DNA from: a candidate division CPR2 bacterium GW2011_GWC2_39_35
Lineage (GTDB): Bacteria > Patescibacteriota > CPR2
Direction: 5' to 3'
Length of the DNA stretch: 64,000 bases
NCBI GenBank assembly: GCA_000995065.1
Contig: LBWX01000004.1
Location: 14,431 to 78,430 of the forward strand
Below the pieces are notes generated by a model. The model did not search any database, was not told the origin of the DNA, and worked only from the letters and a program-made list of their open reading frames with translations. Below, piece by piece: positions 31,231-41,669 of this stretch (position 1 is its first letter; the number at the start of each line of letters is the position of its first letter). The position numbers and the translations under genes are program-made.

Positions 31231-31495
31231 AAGCCGGTCAATTAGTTTGTATTTGTGTTAAAATAGTAAAATAAAAACTAAGACAACGTATAATATTCCT
31301 AGCCATTTCTCTCCTAAAGAAAAAGTATCAATTGAAGAAAAGCTTGCAATTATTGAGCGTTATATAGCAGGGACTAATACACTTAAAGAACTTGCTACCG
31401 AAATTACTCAAAGACGTTTAAATTGGCTAAGAGAAAACAAACAGATCTTAAAACATCATAGTGATTTATCGATTCCGGAAATTGCTCACAGAGCC

Positions 31496-31792
31496 TTGTA
31501 TCTAGGTCATATGAAAATAATTCCTGAACATTCCGTCGTAGAAAAAATTTCTGATAATAAAATGGGAATCAAATCCTATAATTTCTGTCCTTATTTGGAG
31601 GCTTGTCAAATACTCGGATTGGATACTCGAATAATCTGTAAAGAACTGGGCGAGCCATCTTGCCAACTTTTTGTTAAAGCAATTCACCCATCGTTAAGAT
31701 TTTCCAGAACTTATTATGACAAATTAAGACCTAATTGCTCATATTGTGAAGAGTTCATTGAGCTTATAGATCCTGAAGCAGGTTCAGGATGA
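31496..31792 (+). CDS. hypothetical Cys-rich protein (ORF may extend upstream to a non-ATG start)
   Basis: 98 aa from a TTG start; the reading frame stays open upstream to about 31270; Cys pairs CPYLEAC...C...C...CSYC. Confidence 0.35.
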   Translation: MYLGHMKIIPEHSVVEKISDNKMGIKSYNFCPYLEACQILGLDTRIICKELGEPSCQLFVKAIHPSLRFSRTYYDKLRPNCSYCEEFIELIDPEAGSG

Positions 31793-31798
31793 CGAGTG

Positions 31799-31866
31799 AG
31801 AAAGGGATTGCTTCGTCGACTCACTCCTCAATGACATCCTCTCGTCAACGAAGTGGTATTTTTTTG
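31799..31866. repeat. related palindromic element (gacgagtgag aaagggattgcttcgtcgactcactcctcaatgac atcctctcgtcaacgaag)
   Basis: Shares GATTGCTTCGTC and CAATGAC with the other two copies; nested inverted repeats. Confidence 0.4.
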
Positions 31867-31880
31867 TTTACTGTTCACTT

Positions 31881-31907
31881 AAAAACCGCCCGAAGGCGGT
31901 TTTTATT
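31881..31907. terminator. bidirectional rho-independent terminator shared by ORF 31496..31792 (+) and rpsI (-)
   Basis: aaaaaccgcccgaaggcggtttttatt overlapping the rpsI stop codon. Confidence 0.6.
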
Positions 31908-32325
31908 ATCTTTTTGCGAACTGTGGCGCTTTTCTAGCTCTTTTAAGACCGTATTTCTTTCTTTCCTTTTCTCTCGGATCTCTGGTTAGAAAACCAGCTT
32001 TTTTAAGAGTTGGTCGAAATTCCGGATTAAATTCAAGAAGAGCTCTGGAAATTCCCAACCTTACCGCTTCGGCCTGACCGGTTTTGCCGCCGCCATCAGC
32101 CTTAATGGAAATATCGAACTTTCCTTCGGTTCCGGTAAGCTTTAGAGGTTGAATGAGTCTATCTAAAAGAATCTTTGAAAAGAAAGCATCTTCTACAGCA
32201 TTCTTATCATTTATAGTGATTGTGCCTTTACCAGAATATAATCTTACTCTGGCAACTGCCTCTTTTCTTCGTCCCAATCCGTAATAATATTCTTTTTTTG
32301 CTTGTTTAATTGGTTCTTTTACCAT
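31906..32325 (-). CDS. rpsI: 30S ribosomal protein S9
   Basis: C-terminal ...[62 protein letters not shown]. Confidence 0.9.
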   Translation of the reverse strand: MVKEPIKQAKKEYYYGLGRRKEAVARVRLYSGKGTITINDKNAVEDAFFSKILLDRLIQPLKLTGTEGKFDISIKADGGGKTGQAEAVRLGISRALLEFNPEFRPTLKKAGFLTRDPREKERKKYGLKRARKAPQFAKR

Positions 32326-32413
32326 GAAAGCTCCTTAATCTGTATGTATTCCTTTACCCTAGCCCTCTCCAAAAAGGAGAGAGAATAGAGAACATATTTT
32401 TGATTTTGAATTA

Positions 32414-32902
32414 TTATTTTTCCGCCCTAGGCGGATCAGCCTTGGGCTGAGACTTTTGAATTTTGACTTTTGAATTAATTTCGTATTCTTCTAACTGCTG
32501 GGAATGAGGATGCTCTGTGCCAGCATAAACTTTTAATCTCTTTATCATTTGGTCTGCTAGCTTATTCTTTGGAAGCATACCCTTAACCGCCATCTTGATT
32601 GGAGCGGTTGCGTCTTTTTCTCGAAGTTGCTTGAGGGTAGTTTCCTTAAGACCTCCTGGATACCATGAATGTCGGTAATATATTTTTGCCTCTTCTTTAT
32701 TGCCAGTAGTTTTAATTTTATCGGCATTAATTATAACTACGAAATCGCCGGTATCAACTGAGGGAGAAAAAGTCGGCTTATTTTTTCCTCTGAGTAAATT
32801 AGCAACTTCGGTAGCAACTCGGCCCAAGATCTTATCTTCGGCATCGATAATATACCATTTTCTAATAACTTCTGCCGGTTTTGTTACATATGTTTTACCC
32901 AT
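32414..32902 (-). CDS. rplM: 50S ribosomal protein L13
   Basis: [40 protein letters not shown]...; adjacent to rpsI. Confidence 0.9.
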   Translation of the reverse strand: MGKTYVTKPAEVIRKWYIIDAEDKILGRVATEVANLLRGKNKPTFSPSVDTGDFVVIINADKIKTTGNKEEAKIYYRHSWYPGGLKETTLKQLREKDATAPIKMAVKGMLPKNKLADQMIKRLKVYAGTEHPHSQQLEEYEINSKVKIQKSQPKADPPRAEK

Positions 32903-33394
32903 CTACTTAGCCTCCTTAACGGGCTTTGCCTTAGCTTTTACAACTGGCTTTTTAGCCTCTGGTGTCTTCGTCCCCTCTATTGTCTCCCCTGTTTCTTCTG
33001 TCTTTACTGATTTTTGCTTCTTGTTCTTTTTTTCTTCAACATAGCCAACAAATTCAATAATGGCTGTTGGCGCAGCGTCACCTTCTCTAAAACCAGTCTT
33101 TAAGATTCTAGTATAACCGCCTTCTCTGTCTTTAAAATCGACGGCTATTTTTTCCATCACTTTAGCGGCAGCGTTTTCTGGAATGTATCTTAAAAGCCGT
33201 CTTCTGGCAGCTAAATCGCCTTTTTTGCCGGTGGTAATTAGTCTTTCGACGATTGGTCGGATTTCTTTAGCCTTAGCGACCGTAGTCTCTACTCTTTCGT
33301 GTAAGATAAGAGAAGTGGCTAAGTTTCTTAGCATTGCTCTTCTATGACCAGCTTCACGCCCTAATTTTCGACCAACATGTTTGTGTCTGTGCAT
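32903..33394 (-). CDS. rplQ: 50S ribosomal protein L17 with Lys-rich C-terminal extension
   Basis: MHRHKHVGRKLGREAGHRRAMLRNLATSLILHERVETT...; about 45-aa K/E/T-rich tail. Confidence 0.9.
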   Translation of the reverse strand: MHRHKHVGRKLGREAGHRRAMLRNLATSLILHERVETTVAKAKEIRPIVERLITTGKKGDLAARRRLLRYIPENAAAKVMEKIAVDFKDREGGYTRILKTGFREGDAAPTAIIEFVGYVEEKKNKKQKSVKTEETGETIEGTKTPEAKKPVVKAKAKPVKEAK

Positions 33395-33397
33395 TGT

Positions 33398-34348
33398 TTA
33401 CTCCTCACCACCCTCAAAAGAAAATCCTAATTCATCTAATTTTTCTCTTACCTCTTGATAGGCCTTGTTACCAAAACCTTTTAGGCTTCGAAGTTCGTCA
33501 TCAGTTAACTTTAGGATATCAGCGATGGTTTTGATGTCGTTATTTAAAAGCGCATTGGTAGTTCTTGGAGAAAGATTGACCTCTTCTACTAATATCTTGG
33601 AAGCAGCATCTTCGGCTGTTCTTTCCGGCTTTTGAGTTTCAGTTGGCATTCCGGCTCCAGCTACTTCCCTACCAGCAACTACTGAAAAGTGGTCTACCAA
33701 GATTTCAGCAGCCTGATTTACAGCGTCTTTTGGTGTAATCGTACCATCAGTTTCAATCTCAATAACTAGTTTATCTAAATCTGTCATTTGACCAACACGA
33801 GTGCTCTCGACATTGTATCTTACTTTCTTAATTGGAGTATAGATAGCGTCTACAGCAATCATACCAACTTGTAGCTTTTCGCCTTCTCTTTTTTCTACAG
33901 GAACGTAACCACGACCTTTTTCGATCTTGACCTCCATCTCTAGCTTAGCTTTAGCGCCATCTAGAGTGGCAAGATGAAGATCGGGATTAATGATTTCTAC
34001 CTGAGAAGGAGCTTTAATATTCTTAGCGCTAACTTTACCTTGACCGGAAGCGCTTAGGTATAAATACTGCTCTTCGTCAGAAAAAGACTTAACTCTTAAC
34101 TGTTTTAGGTTTAATAAAACCTCGACTACGTCCTCTTTTACATTAGGGATTGTTGTAAATTCGTGAGTTACACCATCAATCTTAACGGCAGTAACTGCAG
34201 CGCCTGGCAAAGAAGAAAGGATGACTCTTCTTAGAGAATTTCCAAGGGTCATACCATAACCTGGATATAGAGGTTCGATAGAAAAAATACCTAAGTTGCC
34301 TTCTTCTTTGATTGTTTTTACTTCTGGGAGATGAATATTTTGTATCAC
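33398..34348 (-). CDS. rpoA: DNA-directed RNA polymerase alpha subunit
   Basis: 316 aa; N-terminal dimerisation domain and C-terminal CTD pattern (..NLSPRTTNALLNNDIKTIADIL..). Confidence 0.9.
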   Translation of the reverse strand: MIQNIHLPEVKTIKEEGNLGIFSIEPLYPGYGMTLGNSLRRVILSSLPGAAVTAVKIDGVTHEFTTIPNVKEDVVEVLLNLKQLRVKSFSDEEQYLYLSASGQGKVSAKNIKAPSQVEIINPDLHLATLDGAKAKLEMEVKIEKGRGYVPVEKREGEKLQVGMIAVDAIYTPIKKVRYNVESTRVGQMTDLDKLVIEIETDGTITPKDAVNQAAEILVDHFSVVAGREVAGAGMPTETQKPERTAEDAASKILVEEVNLSPRTTNALLNNDIKTIADILKLTDDELRSLKGFGNKAYQEVREKLDELGFSFEGGEE

Positions 34349-34368
34349 TTATATCCTCCTTTAAAGGA

Positions 34369-35001
34369 TTATTTAGAGTATAACTCGACTATTAATGACT
34401 CTTGAATAGAAGAATCGACATCTTCTCTTTGTGGCTCCTCAGCAACTTCGCCGACCATTTTTTTCTTGTCGATCTTAAGCCAACCCGGAACCTCTGCTTT
34501 CTCTAACATATCTTTTGCAATATCGGTAAAGTAAGTATGTTTTGCGCTATGAGGAGAAACTTCTATAACATCACCTTTTTTAACCTGATAAGATGGAATG
34601 TCTACTTTTTTGCCATTTACAGTAAGATGGCCATGATTTACAAGCTGTCTTGCAAGTCTTCTAGACGAACCAAAACCTAATCTATAGACGACGTTATCTA
34701 ATCTTTTTTCTAAGAACTGCAGAAGAATAGTACCAGTAACACCTTCTTTTCTATCTGCTGACTGATAGTAATTTCTAAACTGTCTCTCTAGAACACCATA
34801 CATTCTTTTAACTTTTTGTTTTTCTTTAAGAGCTATTGCGTACGCAGAAGCTTTTCTGGATCCGGACACACCGTGTTGTCCTGGAGGGTAATTTCTTTTG
34901 ATTACGGTACATTTTGCACCTAAACATTTGTCTCCTTTTAGAAAAAGCTTTTGGCCAGCTCGGCGGCATTGCCTGCATTGTGCCTCATTCATTCTTGCCA
35001 T
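34369..35001 (-). CDS. rpsD: 30S ribosomal protein S4 (start trimmed to [14 protein letters not shown])
   Basis: S4 zinc-ribbon N-terminus and S4 RNA-binding domain; an ATG at 34999-35001 overlaps the S11 stop, as is typical. Confidence 0.85.
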   Translation of the reverse strand: MARMNEAQCRQCRRAGQKLFLKGDKCLGAKCTVIKRNYPPGQHGVSGSRKASAYAIALKEKQKVKRMYGVLERQFRNYYQSADRKEGVTGTILLQFLEKRLDNVVYRLGFGSSRRLARQLVNHGHLTVNGKKVDIPSYQVKKGDVIEVSPHSAKHTYFTDIAKDMLEKAEVPGWLKIDKKKMVGEVAEEPQREDVDSSIQESLIVELYSK

Positions 35002-35393
35002 TAGACTCTCCTTGGTTTTCTTGGTCTGCAACCGTTATGTGGAATCGGGGTAATATCTTTTATAGAAACAACATCAATTCCGCTATTTTGAAGGGCTCTG
35101 ATGGCTGTTTCTCGACCGCTTCCAATTCCTTTTACAAATACTGATACTTTTCTTAGACCATACGCCTTAGCCTTTTCGGCAGCTCCTGAAGCTGCTACCT
35201 GTGCCGCATAAGGAGTACTCTTTCTGGAACCTTTAAAACCAGCGGCTCCAGCTGTATCCCAAGCAAGCACGTTGCCAGACTTATCGGTAAGCGTAATCAC
35301 TGTGTTATTAAAAGTCGAGGAAATATGAGCGTTACCTTCGACGACGACCTTTTTTATTTTTTTCTTTCTAGTTTGTACTTTTGCTTTTGCCAT
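35001..35393 (-). CDS. rpsK: 30S ribosomal protein S11
   Basis: [37 protein letters not shown]... Confidence 0.9.
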   Translation of the reverse strand: MAKAKVQTRKKKIKKVVVEGNAHISSTFNNTVITLTDKSGNVLAWDTAGAAGFKGSRKSTPYAAQVAASGAAEKAKAYGLRKVSVFVKGIGSGRETAIRALQNSGIDVVSIKDITPIPHNGCRPRKPRRV

Positions 35394-35496
35394 GATTCTC
35401 CTTAATTATTGGCCAAATGGGCTAATTAGGCTAAATGGGTTTTTGAATTTTCCTACTTTACCTATTCGACCTACTTAAGCCTATTCATCCCAGATT

Positions 35497-35883
35497 TTAT
35501 GTCTTCTGGGCAGACTTTTTCTTACCTGAACCCATTGTCATTTTCCTGCCTCTTTTGGTTCGGGCATTGGTCTTAGTCTTTTGACCCCTAAGCGGTAAAC
35601 CCAATTTGTGTCTTATGCCGCGGTAACTTCCTATTTCTTTCAGTCTTTTAATATTAAGACTTACTTCTCTTCTAAGATCTCCTTCAACAGAATTACCTTT
35701 CTCGATAAGCTCTCTTATTTTACTAATTTCTGATTCGGCTAAATCTTTTACTCTGGTGTTCGGATTTACCTTAGCTGCTTCTAGTATTTTTTGGCTGGTT
35801 TTAAGACCGATACCATATATATATGTAAGAGCTATTTCTACTCTTTTTTCTTTGGGAATGTCTACACCGGCAATTCTGGCCAT
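35497..35883 (-). CDS. rpsM: 30S ribosomal protein S13
   Basis: [26 protein letters not shown]... Confidence 0.9.
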   Translation of the reverse strand: MARIAGVDIPKEKRVEIALTYIYGIGLKTSQKILEAAKVNPNTRVKDLAESEISKIRELIEKGNSVEGDLRREVSLNIKRLKEIGSYRGIRHKLGLPLRGQKTKTNARTKRGRKMTMGSGKKKSAQKT

Positions 35884-35971
35884 TTTTATAAACTCCTTTA
35901 TCTTTGCATTTTGATCTCTGATCCGTTTGACTTTATTTTTGATCTTTGATCTTTAATCTTTGATCTACTAT

Positions 35972-36085
35972 TTATCCTTGTCTTTGCTTATGCTTAGGAT
36001 TTTCGCAAATAACCCTTAAAACCCGCTTTCGGCGGATTACTTTACATTTTTGACAAATTGGTTTAACTGATGCTCTAACTTTCAT
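35972..36085 (-). CDS. rpmJ: 50S ribosomal protein L36
   Basis: Manual translation: [37 protein letters not shown] (37 aa; C-x2-C...C-x4-H zinc ribbon); below the ORF-track cutoff. Confidence 0.85.
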   Translation of the reverse strand: MKVRASVKPICQKCKVIRRKRVLRVICENPKHKQRQG

Positions 36086-36136
36086 GATTTATCCTTAGAT
36101 TTGTTTTTTGCTTATTCTTTATTGTTTTTTGACTAT

Positions 36137-36358
36137 TTACTTAAGCCTGTAAGTGATTCGGCCCTTGGTTAAGTCATAAGGTGTCATTTCTACTGTAACT
36201 TTATCTCCAGGCAAAATTTTAATATAGTGCATCCTCATTTTTCCCGAGATATGCGCTAAAATAACATGTCCGTTCTCGAGCTCCACCCTAAACATGGCGT
36301 TTGGTAGAGTTTCAAGGACGGTTCCCGTTAACTCGATTACTTCCTTTGTATCACTCAT
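36137..36358 (-). CDS. infA: translation initiation factor IF-1 (start trimmed to [12 protein letters not shown])
   Basis: ...[62 protein letters not shown]. Confidence 0.85.
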   Translation of the reverse strand: MSDTKEVIELTGTVLETLPNAMFRVELENGHVILAHISGKMRMHYIKILPGDKVTVEMTPYDLTKGRITYRLK

Positions 36359-36572
36359 GGGTACTACTTTCTCTCCTGATCTCCAGGACCTATTAAATAT
36401 ACTATAAATATTGCTTTTTTGCAAGGGTTTTTAGGATGAAAATCCTAAATTTCTAATTCTTAATTGCTCTAATTTCTAATCAAATCCCAATTTCTAATGA
36501 CTAATAATCAAACTTACCTCCTAAACGTTGGGCATTTATTGGGTCTCTTAGGAATTTAAGGTGCTATTATTT

Positions 36573-37883
36573 TTATACTTTCTCATACGTTCGCATAATT
36601 AGCTGGGCTTGGACTTTTTTCATGGTTTCTAGGACAACGGACACCACAATTAAAATTCCCGTACCACCGATAGTTAAAGCAGCATTGTTTGTAAGCGGTT
36701 GTAATATAAATGGTAAAACAGCGATCAAACCTAAGAAAATGGAGCCAGTTAACGTTAGCCTATTTAAAACATGTACTAAATAATCCGCTGTCTGACGCCC
36801 CGGCCTTATGCCAGGAATAAAACCACCTTGCTTTTGGATGTTTTCGGAAACGTCTTTCGGATTAAAATATAAGAAAGTAGAAAAATAAGTAAAAGCAACT
36901 ATGAGTAAAAAGTAAGTAACAGCGTAAGGCCAATTCTGCGGACTAAATGCTGTTGTAACCCACTTAGCAAAGTTAGCAACCCAGTATGTCCTAGCATTAG
37001 ATAACAGACCAATAATCTGAGGTAGATTCATAAATGCCCCCGCAAAAATGATTGGAATAACGCCGGCAGTGTTAATCTTAAGAGGAAGGTGAGTATCCAT
37101 GCCGCCGTAAATTCGGTTTCCCCTAACTTTCTTAGCATAAGAAACCGGGATTTTCCTTTGTCCTTCGGTTAAAAGAACAACACCAATAATCACTAGCACC
37201 GCAAACACCAAAAAACCTACCATCTTCCAAAATTCTGCCGGATTAAAACCTTCGACAGTAAATTTGTTTATCATGTTTCCAGCCGATGATGGTACTCTCG
37301 CCACGATACCGGCAAAGATTATCATGGAAACACCGTTTCCAATACCTTTTTCTGTAATAAGCTCACCAATCCACATTACAAAGATAGTCCCCACCGTAAT
37401 TGACAAAAGCATTAAGAGCCAGGTACTAACAGTTGGATCCCCAATAATGTCAGTGCCTAACTGAGCTGAAGACCTCTTAATTAAAATAAGCATGCTATAT
37501 CCCTGAATCATAGCAATTGGCACGGTCAGATATCTTGAATATTGATTTATTTTATTATGGCCCTGTTCACCTTCCTTGGAAATAGCGTGAAGAGTTGGAA
37601 CAACCATTGTTAAAAGCTGCATAATAATAGATGCCGTGATATATGGACCAACACCCATCAATGCAACAGAAAAATTGCTTAAACCGCCGCCGGAAAATAT
37701 ATCTAAGAAGCCGAGAAAAGCGTTTTGGCTAAAATAGCCGCTTAAAAACTCTCTTATCTTAATCGGATCCGGCCCCGGAATTGGAACATGAGAAATTAAC
37801 CTAAAAACCAAAAACATCGCCATCACGAATAAGATTTTATTTCGAAGCTCTCGATTCTTAAGTATTTGCTTGACGTAGTCCAT
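36573..37883 (-). CDS. secY: preprotein translocase subunit SecY
   Basis: 436 aa; 10 TM helices; conserved SecY blocks (..GNGVSMIIFAGIV.., ..MGGTGILIVVSVVLET..). Confidence 0.9.
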   Translation of the reverse strand: MDYVKQILKNRELRNKILFVMAMFLVFRLISHVPIPGPDPIKIREFLSGYFSQNAFLGFLDIFSGGGLSNFSVALMGVGPYITASIIMQLLTMVVPTLHAISKEGEQGHNKINQYSRYLTVPIAMIQGYSMLILIKRSSAQLGTDIIGDPTVSTWLLMLLSITVGTIFVMWIGELITEKGIGNGVSMIIFAGIVARVPSSAGNMINKFTVEGFNPAEFWKMVGFLVFAVLVIIGVVLLTEGQRKIPVSYAKKVRGNRIYGGMDTHLPLKINTAGVIPIIFAGAFMNLPQIIGLLSNARTYWVANFAKWVTTAFSPQNWPYAVTYFLLIVAFTYFSTFLYFNPKDVSENIQKQGGFIPGIRPGRQTADYLVHVLNRLTLTGSIFLGLIAVLPFILQPLTNNAALTIGGTGILIVVSVVLETMKKVQAQLIMRTYEKV

Positions 37884-38084
37884 GATTGCAATCCTCTATT
37901 TTTATCAAGTTAATAAGGTCTGTTTATTACGGTTTATTTAGTTTACAATCTCTTGCTAAATAATTCAAAAGTTAAAATTTAAAAGGCAAAAGTCCAGGGC
38001 AAAATTAAAAAGTTAAATACATTTTGAATTTTAAATTGCAATTTTGACTTTTGACCTTTGAATTTTTACTTATCAAGATACAAA

Positions 38085-38516
38085 TTACTTGCTTGCTTTA
38101 ACTTCCTCAGATTTTTCAATCGCTTCTTTGGCGCCTTTGGAAACGGATTCAGTATCAAGTACTAATTTTTTATTTAGAGTGCCGGTTAAAACTATCTTAT
38201 AAGCTTCGCCTTTCTCAATGATTCCTGCTGCAATAAGGGTTTCTGAATTGACTTTAGATCCAGGCGCTAATTTATTCAAATCATTTAGAGTAATAACCGT
38301 TGGCTTAACATTACGTGATTTAAATCCCTTTAATTTTGGGATTCTTCGAATAAGAGGGGTCTGACCGCCCTCAAAACCAGGGCGAACACCGCCGCCAGTT
38401 CGAGAATTTTGACCTTTAGTTCCCCTACCAGCAGTTTTGCCTTTTCCGGAACCAATGCCGCGCCCTACTCTTTTTGACTTTTTTCCGAGCGTTGTGGTAA
38501 TTTCGTGCAATTTCAT
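38085..38516 (-). CDS. rplO: 50S ribosomal protein L15
   Basis: MKLHEITTTLGKKSKRVGRGIGSGKGKTAGRGTKGQNSRTGGGVRPGFEGGQTPL... Confidence 0.9.
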   Translation of the reverse strand: MKLHEITTTLGKKSKRVGRGIGSGKGKTAGRGTKGQNSRTGGGVRPGFEGGQTPLIRRIPKLKGFKSRNVKPTVITLNDLNKLAPGSKVNSETLIAAGIIEKGEAYKIVLTGTLNKKLVLDTESVSKGAKEAIEKSEEVKASK

Positions 38517-39160
38517 TATTCTTTTACCTCTACCTTTTTCTTACTATCTTTTTGAGGATTCTTTTCTTCTTGTTTTTCCTCAGCCTTAGCTTCGATTTCT
38601 ATTTTCTCTGCTTGATCTTCTGTAATATCTGGTTTTTCAGTTTTCACTGATTTTTTTTCCTTTGTTTCTTGTCCTTTGCTTTTTATTTTTTGCTCCTTTG
38701 GCTTTTCAATTAATTCTAAAGACTTTAAGGCCTCAAAAGTAGCATATACATTATTGATTTTATTGGAAGAACCAATCATTTTACTTAAAATATCATGAAT
38801 ACCGGCAGCCTCCACAACGGCCCTCACAGCGCCACCAGCAATAACTCCGGTACCTTTTGAAGCAGGTTTTATAAAAACTTTAGCCCCGCCATATTTCATC
38901 ATAACTTCATGAGGAATGGTCGTTCCCTTTAAATTTACCTTAATCATATTCTTCTTGGCTTTTTGAATTGCCTTTTGAATTGAAGTAACGACTTCTAATC
39001 CTTTAGCAACACCAACACCAACCTGACCGGCCTTGTCTCCCACTACAACGGTTGCTCTAAATCTAAGCCTTCTACCACCGGCAACTACTCTGGTAATTCT
39101 ATCAATCTGAACAACTTTTTCTTCAAACTGTTTCTCTTCTTGTGCATACGGTTCTCTCAT
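38516..39160 (-). CDS. rpsE: 30S ribosomal protein S5 with ~60-aa K/E-rich C-terminal extension
   Basis: S5 dsRBD and C-terminal domain (..VVAGGRRLRFRATVVVGDKAGQVGVGVAKG..); directly abuts rplO with no rpmD (L30) between. Confidence 0.9.
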   Translation of the reverse strand: MREPYAQEEKQFEEKVVQIDRITRVVAGGRRLRFRATVVVGDKAGQVGVGVAKGLEVVTSIQKAIQKAKKNMIKVNLKGTTIPHEVMMKYGGAKVFIKPASKGTGVIAGGAVRAVVEAAGIHDILSKMIGSSNKINNVYATFEALKSLELIEKPKEQKIKSKGQETKEKKSVKTEKPDITEDQAEKIEIEAKAEEKQEEKNPQKDSKKKVEVKE

Positions 39161-39185
39161 AATTTCCTTCCTATAAATTCAACTT

Positions 39186-39232
39186 CCTCTTTCTCCCTCT
39201 TCCTTAAGGGAGAGGGTTGGGGTGAGGGGGGG
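39186..39232. repeat. GC-rich palindromic element 'CCCTCTCCC-TTAA-GGGAGAGGG(TTGGGGTGAGGGG)', copy A
   Basis: cctctttctccctcttccttaagggagagggttggggtgaggggggg in the rpsE-rplR intergenic region. Confidence 0.55.
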
Positions 39233-39235
39233 TTA

Positions 39236-39580
39236 CTAAAATTTAAGTCCTGCTTCTCTAGCAGCGTCTGCTAAAGCTTCAACTCGACCATGATATAGCT
39301 TTCCGGCTCTATCAAAAACCACTTCTTCTATCTTTGCTGACTTTGCTTGTTTCGCAACTTCCGCACCAACTAATTTTGCCTTCTCAGTTTTAGTGCCTTT
39401 TGCACTTTTTATATTAAGATCAGTTGCAAAAGCAAGGGTTTTTCCTATAGTATCATCAATGACCTGAGCAACAATATGCTTGTTTGAAGCAAAAACTGAT
39501 AGTCTTGGTCTCTGAGGAGTTCCGCAAACCTTGGCTCTTACCCTTCTTCTTCTTTTCTCAAAAGCTTGTTTTTTATCCAT
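39236..39580 (-). CDS. rplR: 50S ribosomal protein L18
   Basis: 114 aa; typical L18 sequence (..[18 protein letters not shown]..). Confidence 0.9.
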   Translation of the reverse strand: MDKKQAFEKRRRRVRAKVCGTPQRPRLSVFASNKHIVAQVIDDTIGKTLAFATDLNIKSAKGTKTEKAKLVGAEVAKQAKSAKIEEVVFDRAGKLYHGRVEALADAAREAGLKF

Positions 39581-39582
39581 AA

Positions 39583-40122
39583 TTACCTCGCCTTAGCTGC
39601 TTTACCAGCTTTTCTTCTTATATATTCGTTCGAATACTTAATGCCTTTGCCTTTATAAGGTTCAGGTTTTCTCACGCTTCTAATTTTGGCAGCAACTTCG
39701 CCCACTAGCTGTTTGTCAAATCCGGAAACTGTAATGGTGTTCTTTTCTACCTTAAGATTGATACCTTCCGGTGGAACTACATCAACAGGATGAGAATAGC
39801 CGACATTTAAAACTAATTTACTACCCTGCATCTGAGCCCTATAACCAATACCCACAATCTCCAACTGTTTTTCAAAACCTTTAGACACGCCTTCGATCAT
39901 GTTACTTAAAAGCGTTCTAACCAAGCCCCAAAGCTCTCTTGCTTTCTGATTATCCTCAGCTAATTCAATTCGAATATCAGCATCATTTGTAGTAACTTTA
40001 ATTAGAGGGGAATGTTCGTATTCTAAAGTTCCCTTGGGACCAACGACTTTTACTACCCTATCGTTTAAGTTAACGGTTACGCCTTGTGGTATGATAATTG
40101 GTAATTTTCCGATTCTGGACAT
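39583..40122 (-). CDS. rplF: 50S ribosomal protein L6
   Basis: [37 protein letters not shown]... Confidence 0.9.
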   Translation of the reverse strand: MSRIGKLPIIIPQGVTVNLNDRVVKVVGPKGTLEYEHSPLIKVTTNDADIRIELAEDNQKARELWGLVRTLLSNMIEGVSKGFEKQLEIVGIGYRAQMQGSKLVLNVGYSHPVDVVPPEGINLKVEKNTITVSGFDKQLVGEVAAKIRSVRKPEPYKGKGIKYSNEYIRRKAGKAAKAR

Positions 40123-40131
40123 ATATTTCTC

Positions 40132-40533
40132 CTACCAAGCCTTTAGCAGGATTTCTCCGCCAAGACCTTGTTTTTTAGCGTCATCTCCGGACATTATTCC
40201 TTTAGAAGTAGAGATCACTGTAATCCCCTTGCCTTGAAGCACTCGTGGAATTTCGTCCTTTTTAGAGTAGACTCTTCGGCCCGGCTTAGAAACTCTCATA
40301 ACTTCGTTAATTGCCGGTTTTCGACCATCTAAACCATATTTTAACCGAACTTCAATCTCCTTAAATTCATTGACTTTAAGTTCTTTAAAATCTTCGATGT
40401 AGCCTCTCTTTTTTAAGATAGAAAGGATTTCAAGCTTAATCCGTGAAGATGGAATAATTACGATTTCTTTTCTCACGGCTAAGGCATTTTTAATTCGTGT
40501 TAGCATATCTGCGATTGGATCTGATACTGCCAT
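40132..40533 (-). CDS. rpsH: 30S ribosomal protein S8
   Basis: MAVSDPIADMLTRIKNALAVRKEIVIIPSS... Confidence 0.9.
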   Translation of the reverse strand: MAVSDPIADMLTRIKNALAVRKEIVIIPSSRIKLEILSILKKRGYIEDFKELKVNEFKEIEVRLKYGLDGRKPAINEVMRVSKPGRRVYSKKDEIPRVLQGKGITVISTSKGIMSGDDAKKQGLGGEILLKAW

Positions 40534-40542
40534 TGTGCCTCC

Positions 40543-40728
40543 TTACCAGGAACTTTTTGTTACGCCCGGAATTTCGCCTCGAGAAGCGTACTCTCTGAAG
40601 CAAATTCGACACATACCATATTTTCGAATGTAAGCCTTAGGTCTGCCGCAAATTTGGCATCTCGTGACTTTTCTTGTCGAAAACTTAGGTTTTCTTTGGG
40701 CTTTTACTATTAATGCTTTTCTTGCCAT
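40543..40728 (-). CDS. rpsZ: 30S ribosomal protein S14 type Z (zinc-binding)
   Basis: 61 aa; [23 protein letters not shown]. Confidence 0.9.
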   Translation of the reverse strand: MARKALIVKAQRKPKFSTRKVTRCQICGRPKAYIRKYGMCRICFREYASRGEIPGVTKSSW

Positions 40729-40750
40729 AACTCTCCCTATAAATTAACCT

Positions 40751-40801
40751 TCCTCTTTCTCCCTCTCTCTCAAGGGAGAGGGCAGGGGATGAGGGGGGGG
40801 G
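40751..40801. repeat. same GC-rich palindromic element, copy B
   Basis: tcctctttctccctctctctcaagggagagggcaggggatgagggggggg in the rpsZ-rplE intergenic region. Confidence 0.55.
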
Positions 40802-40806
40802 TGTAC

Positions 40807-41355
40807 TTAGACACTTTCCTTTTTAAATGGAAATCCAAAATATTCTAAAAGTCTCTTGGCTTCTTCATCGTTTTGGGCTGTTGTTACGATATTTAACTGC
40901 AAACTATGAACTCCAGAAACATCCTCATACGAAACTTCCGGAAAAACGGTATGTTCTTTAATTCCTAAACTATAATTTCCTTGCCCGTCAAATGCACCAG
41001 CCTTAATGCCTCTAAAATCTCTAACTCGAGGTAAAGTAACGTTTACCAATCGGTCTAAAAATTCATACATTCTCTCACCTCTTAAGATTACAGAGACGCC
41101 TATCGGAAAACCTTCTCTCAACTTAAAACCCGCAATGGATTTTTTAGCTACTGTTCGAACTGGCTTCTGGCCTGTGATCTTAGCAACGATTCCTTCTAAG
41201 TCATCAAGAATTTTTGGATCTTGAACTGCTTGACCAGCACCAATATTTAAGATTACTTTTTCGATTTTTGGTACTTGCATAATATTCTTGTAGCTAAAAT
41301 CTTTTCTGAGCTTTGAAATTATTTCTTTGTTATACAAATCTTTTAATTTACTCAT
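40807..41355 (-). CDS. rplE: 50S ribosomal protein L5 (start probably MSKLKDLYNKEI; ORF track extends to 41382)
   Basis: ...YNKEIISKLRKDFSYKNIMQVPKIEKVILNIGAGQ... classic L5 N-terminus. Confidence 0.85.
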   Translation of the reverse strand: MSKLKDLYNKEIISKLRKDFSYKNIMQVPKIEKVILNIGAGQAVQDPKILDDLEGIVAKITGQKPVRTVAKKSIAGFKLREGFPIGVSVILRGERMYEFLDRLVNVTLPRVRDFRGIKAGAFDGQGNYSLGIKEHTVFPEVSYEDVSGVHSLQLNIVTTAQNDEEAKRLLEYFGFPFKKESV

Positions 41356-41363
41356 GTCTTCGA

Positions 41364-41669
41364 CTAAATCCTTTCCTTGCATCTTTTACAAACCCTGACC
41401 TTATCGTCTTTTACTAATTCGTACCCCATTCTGGCCGGTTTATTGCATCTTGGGCAAACAACCGCAACATTCGATACGCAAACCGGAGCAGTTACCTCAA
41501 TAATGCCGCCAGCTGGAGTCTTAGTAGATGGCTTTACCGCTTTTTTATGAATATTGATGCCTTCAACCATGACTTTCTCAGTTTTTGATATAACTTGAAC
41601 AACTTTTCCAGTTTTTCCCTGGTCTTTTCCAACTGTTATTAAAACCGTATCATTTTTTTTAACTTTCAT
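41364..41669 (-). CDS. rplX: 50S ribosomal protein L24
   Basis: [26 protein letters not shown]... KOW motif. Confidence 0.9.
   Translation of the reverse strand: MKVKKNDTVLITVGKDQGKTGKVVQVISKTEKVMVEGINIHKKAVKPSTKTPAGGIIEVTAPVCVSNVAVVCPRCNKPARMGYELVKDDKVRVCKRCKERI

Noticed and set aside
35890-35960. Short tandem 'TTTGATCT' repeats and other AT-rich direct repeats in spacers; checked as possible CRISPR arrays
   Set aside because: Repeat units are 7-8 nt, irregular, without 25-40-nt unique spacers or nearby cas genes. They are low-complexity intergenic sequence, not CRISPR.
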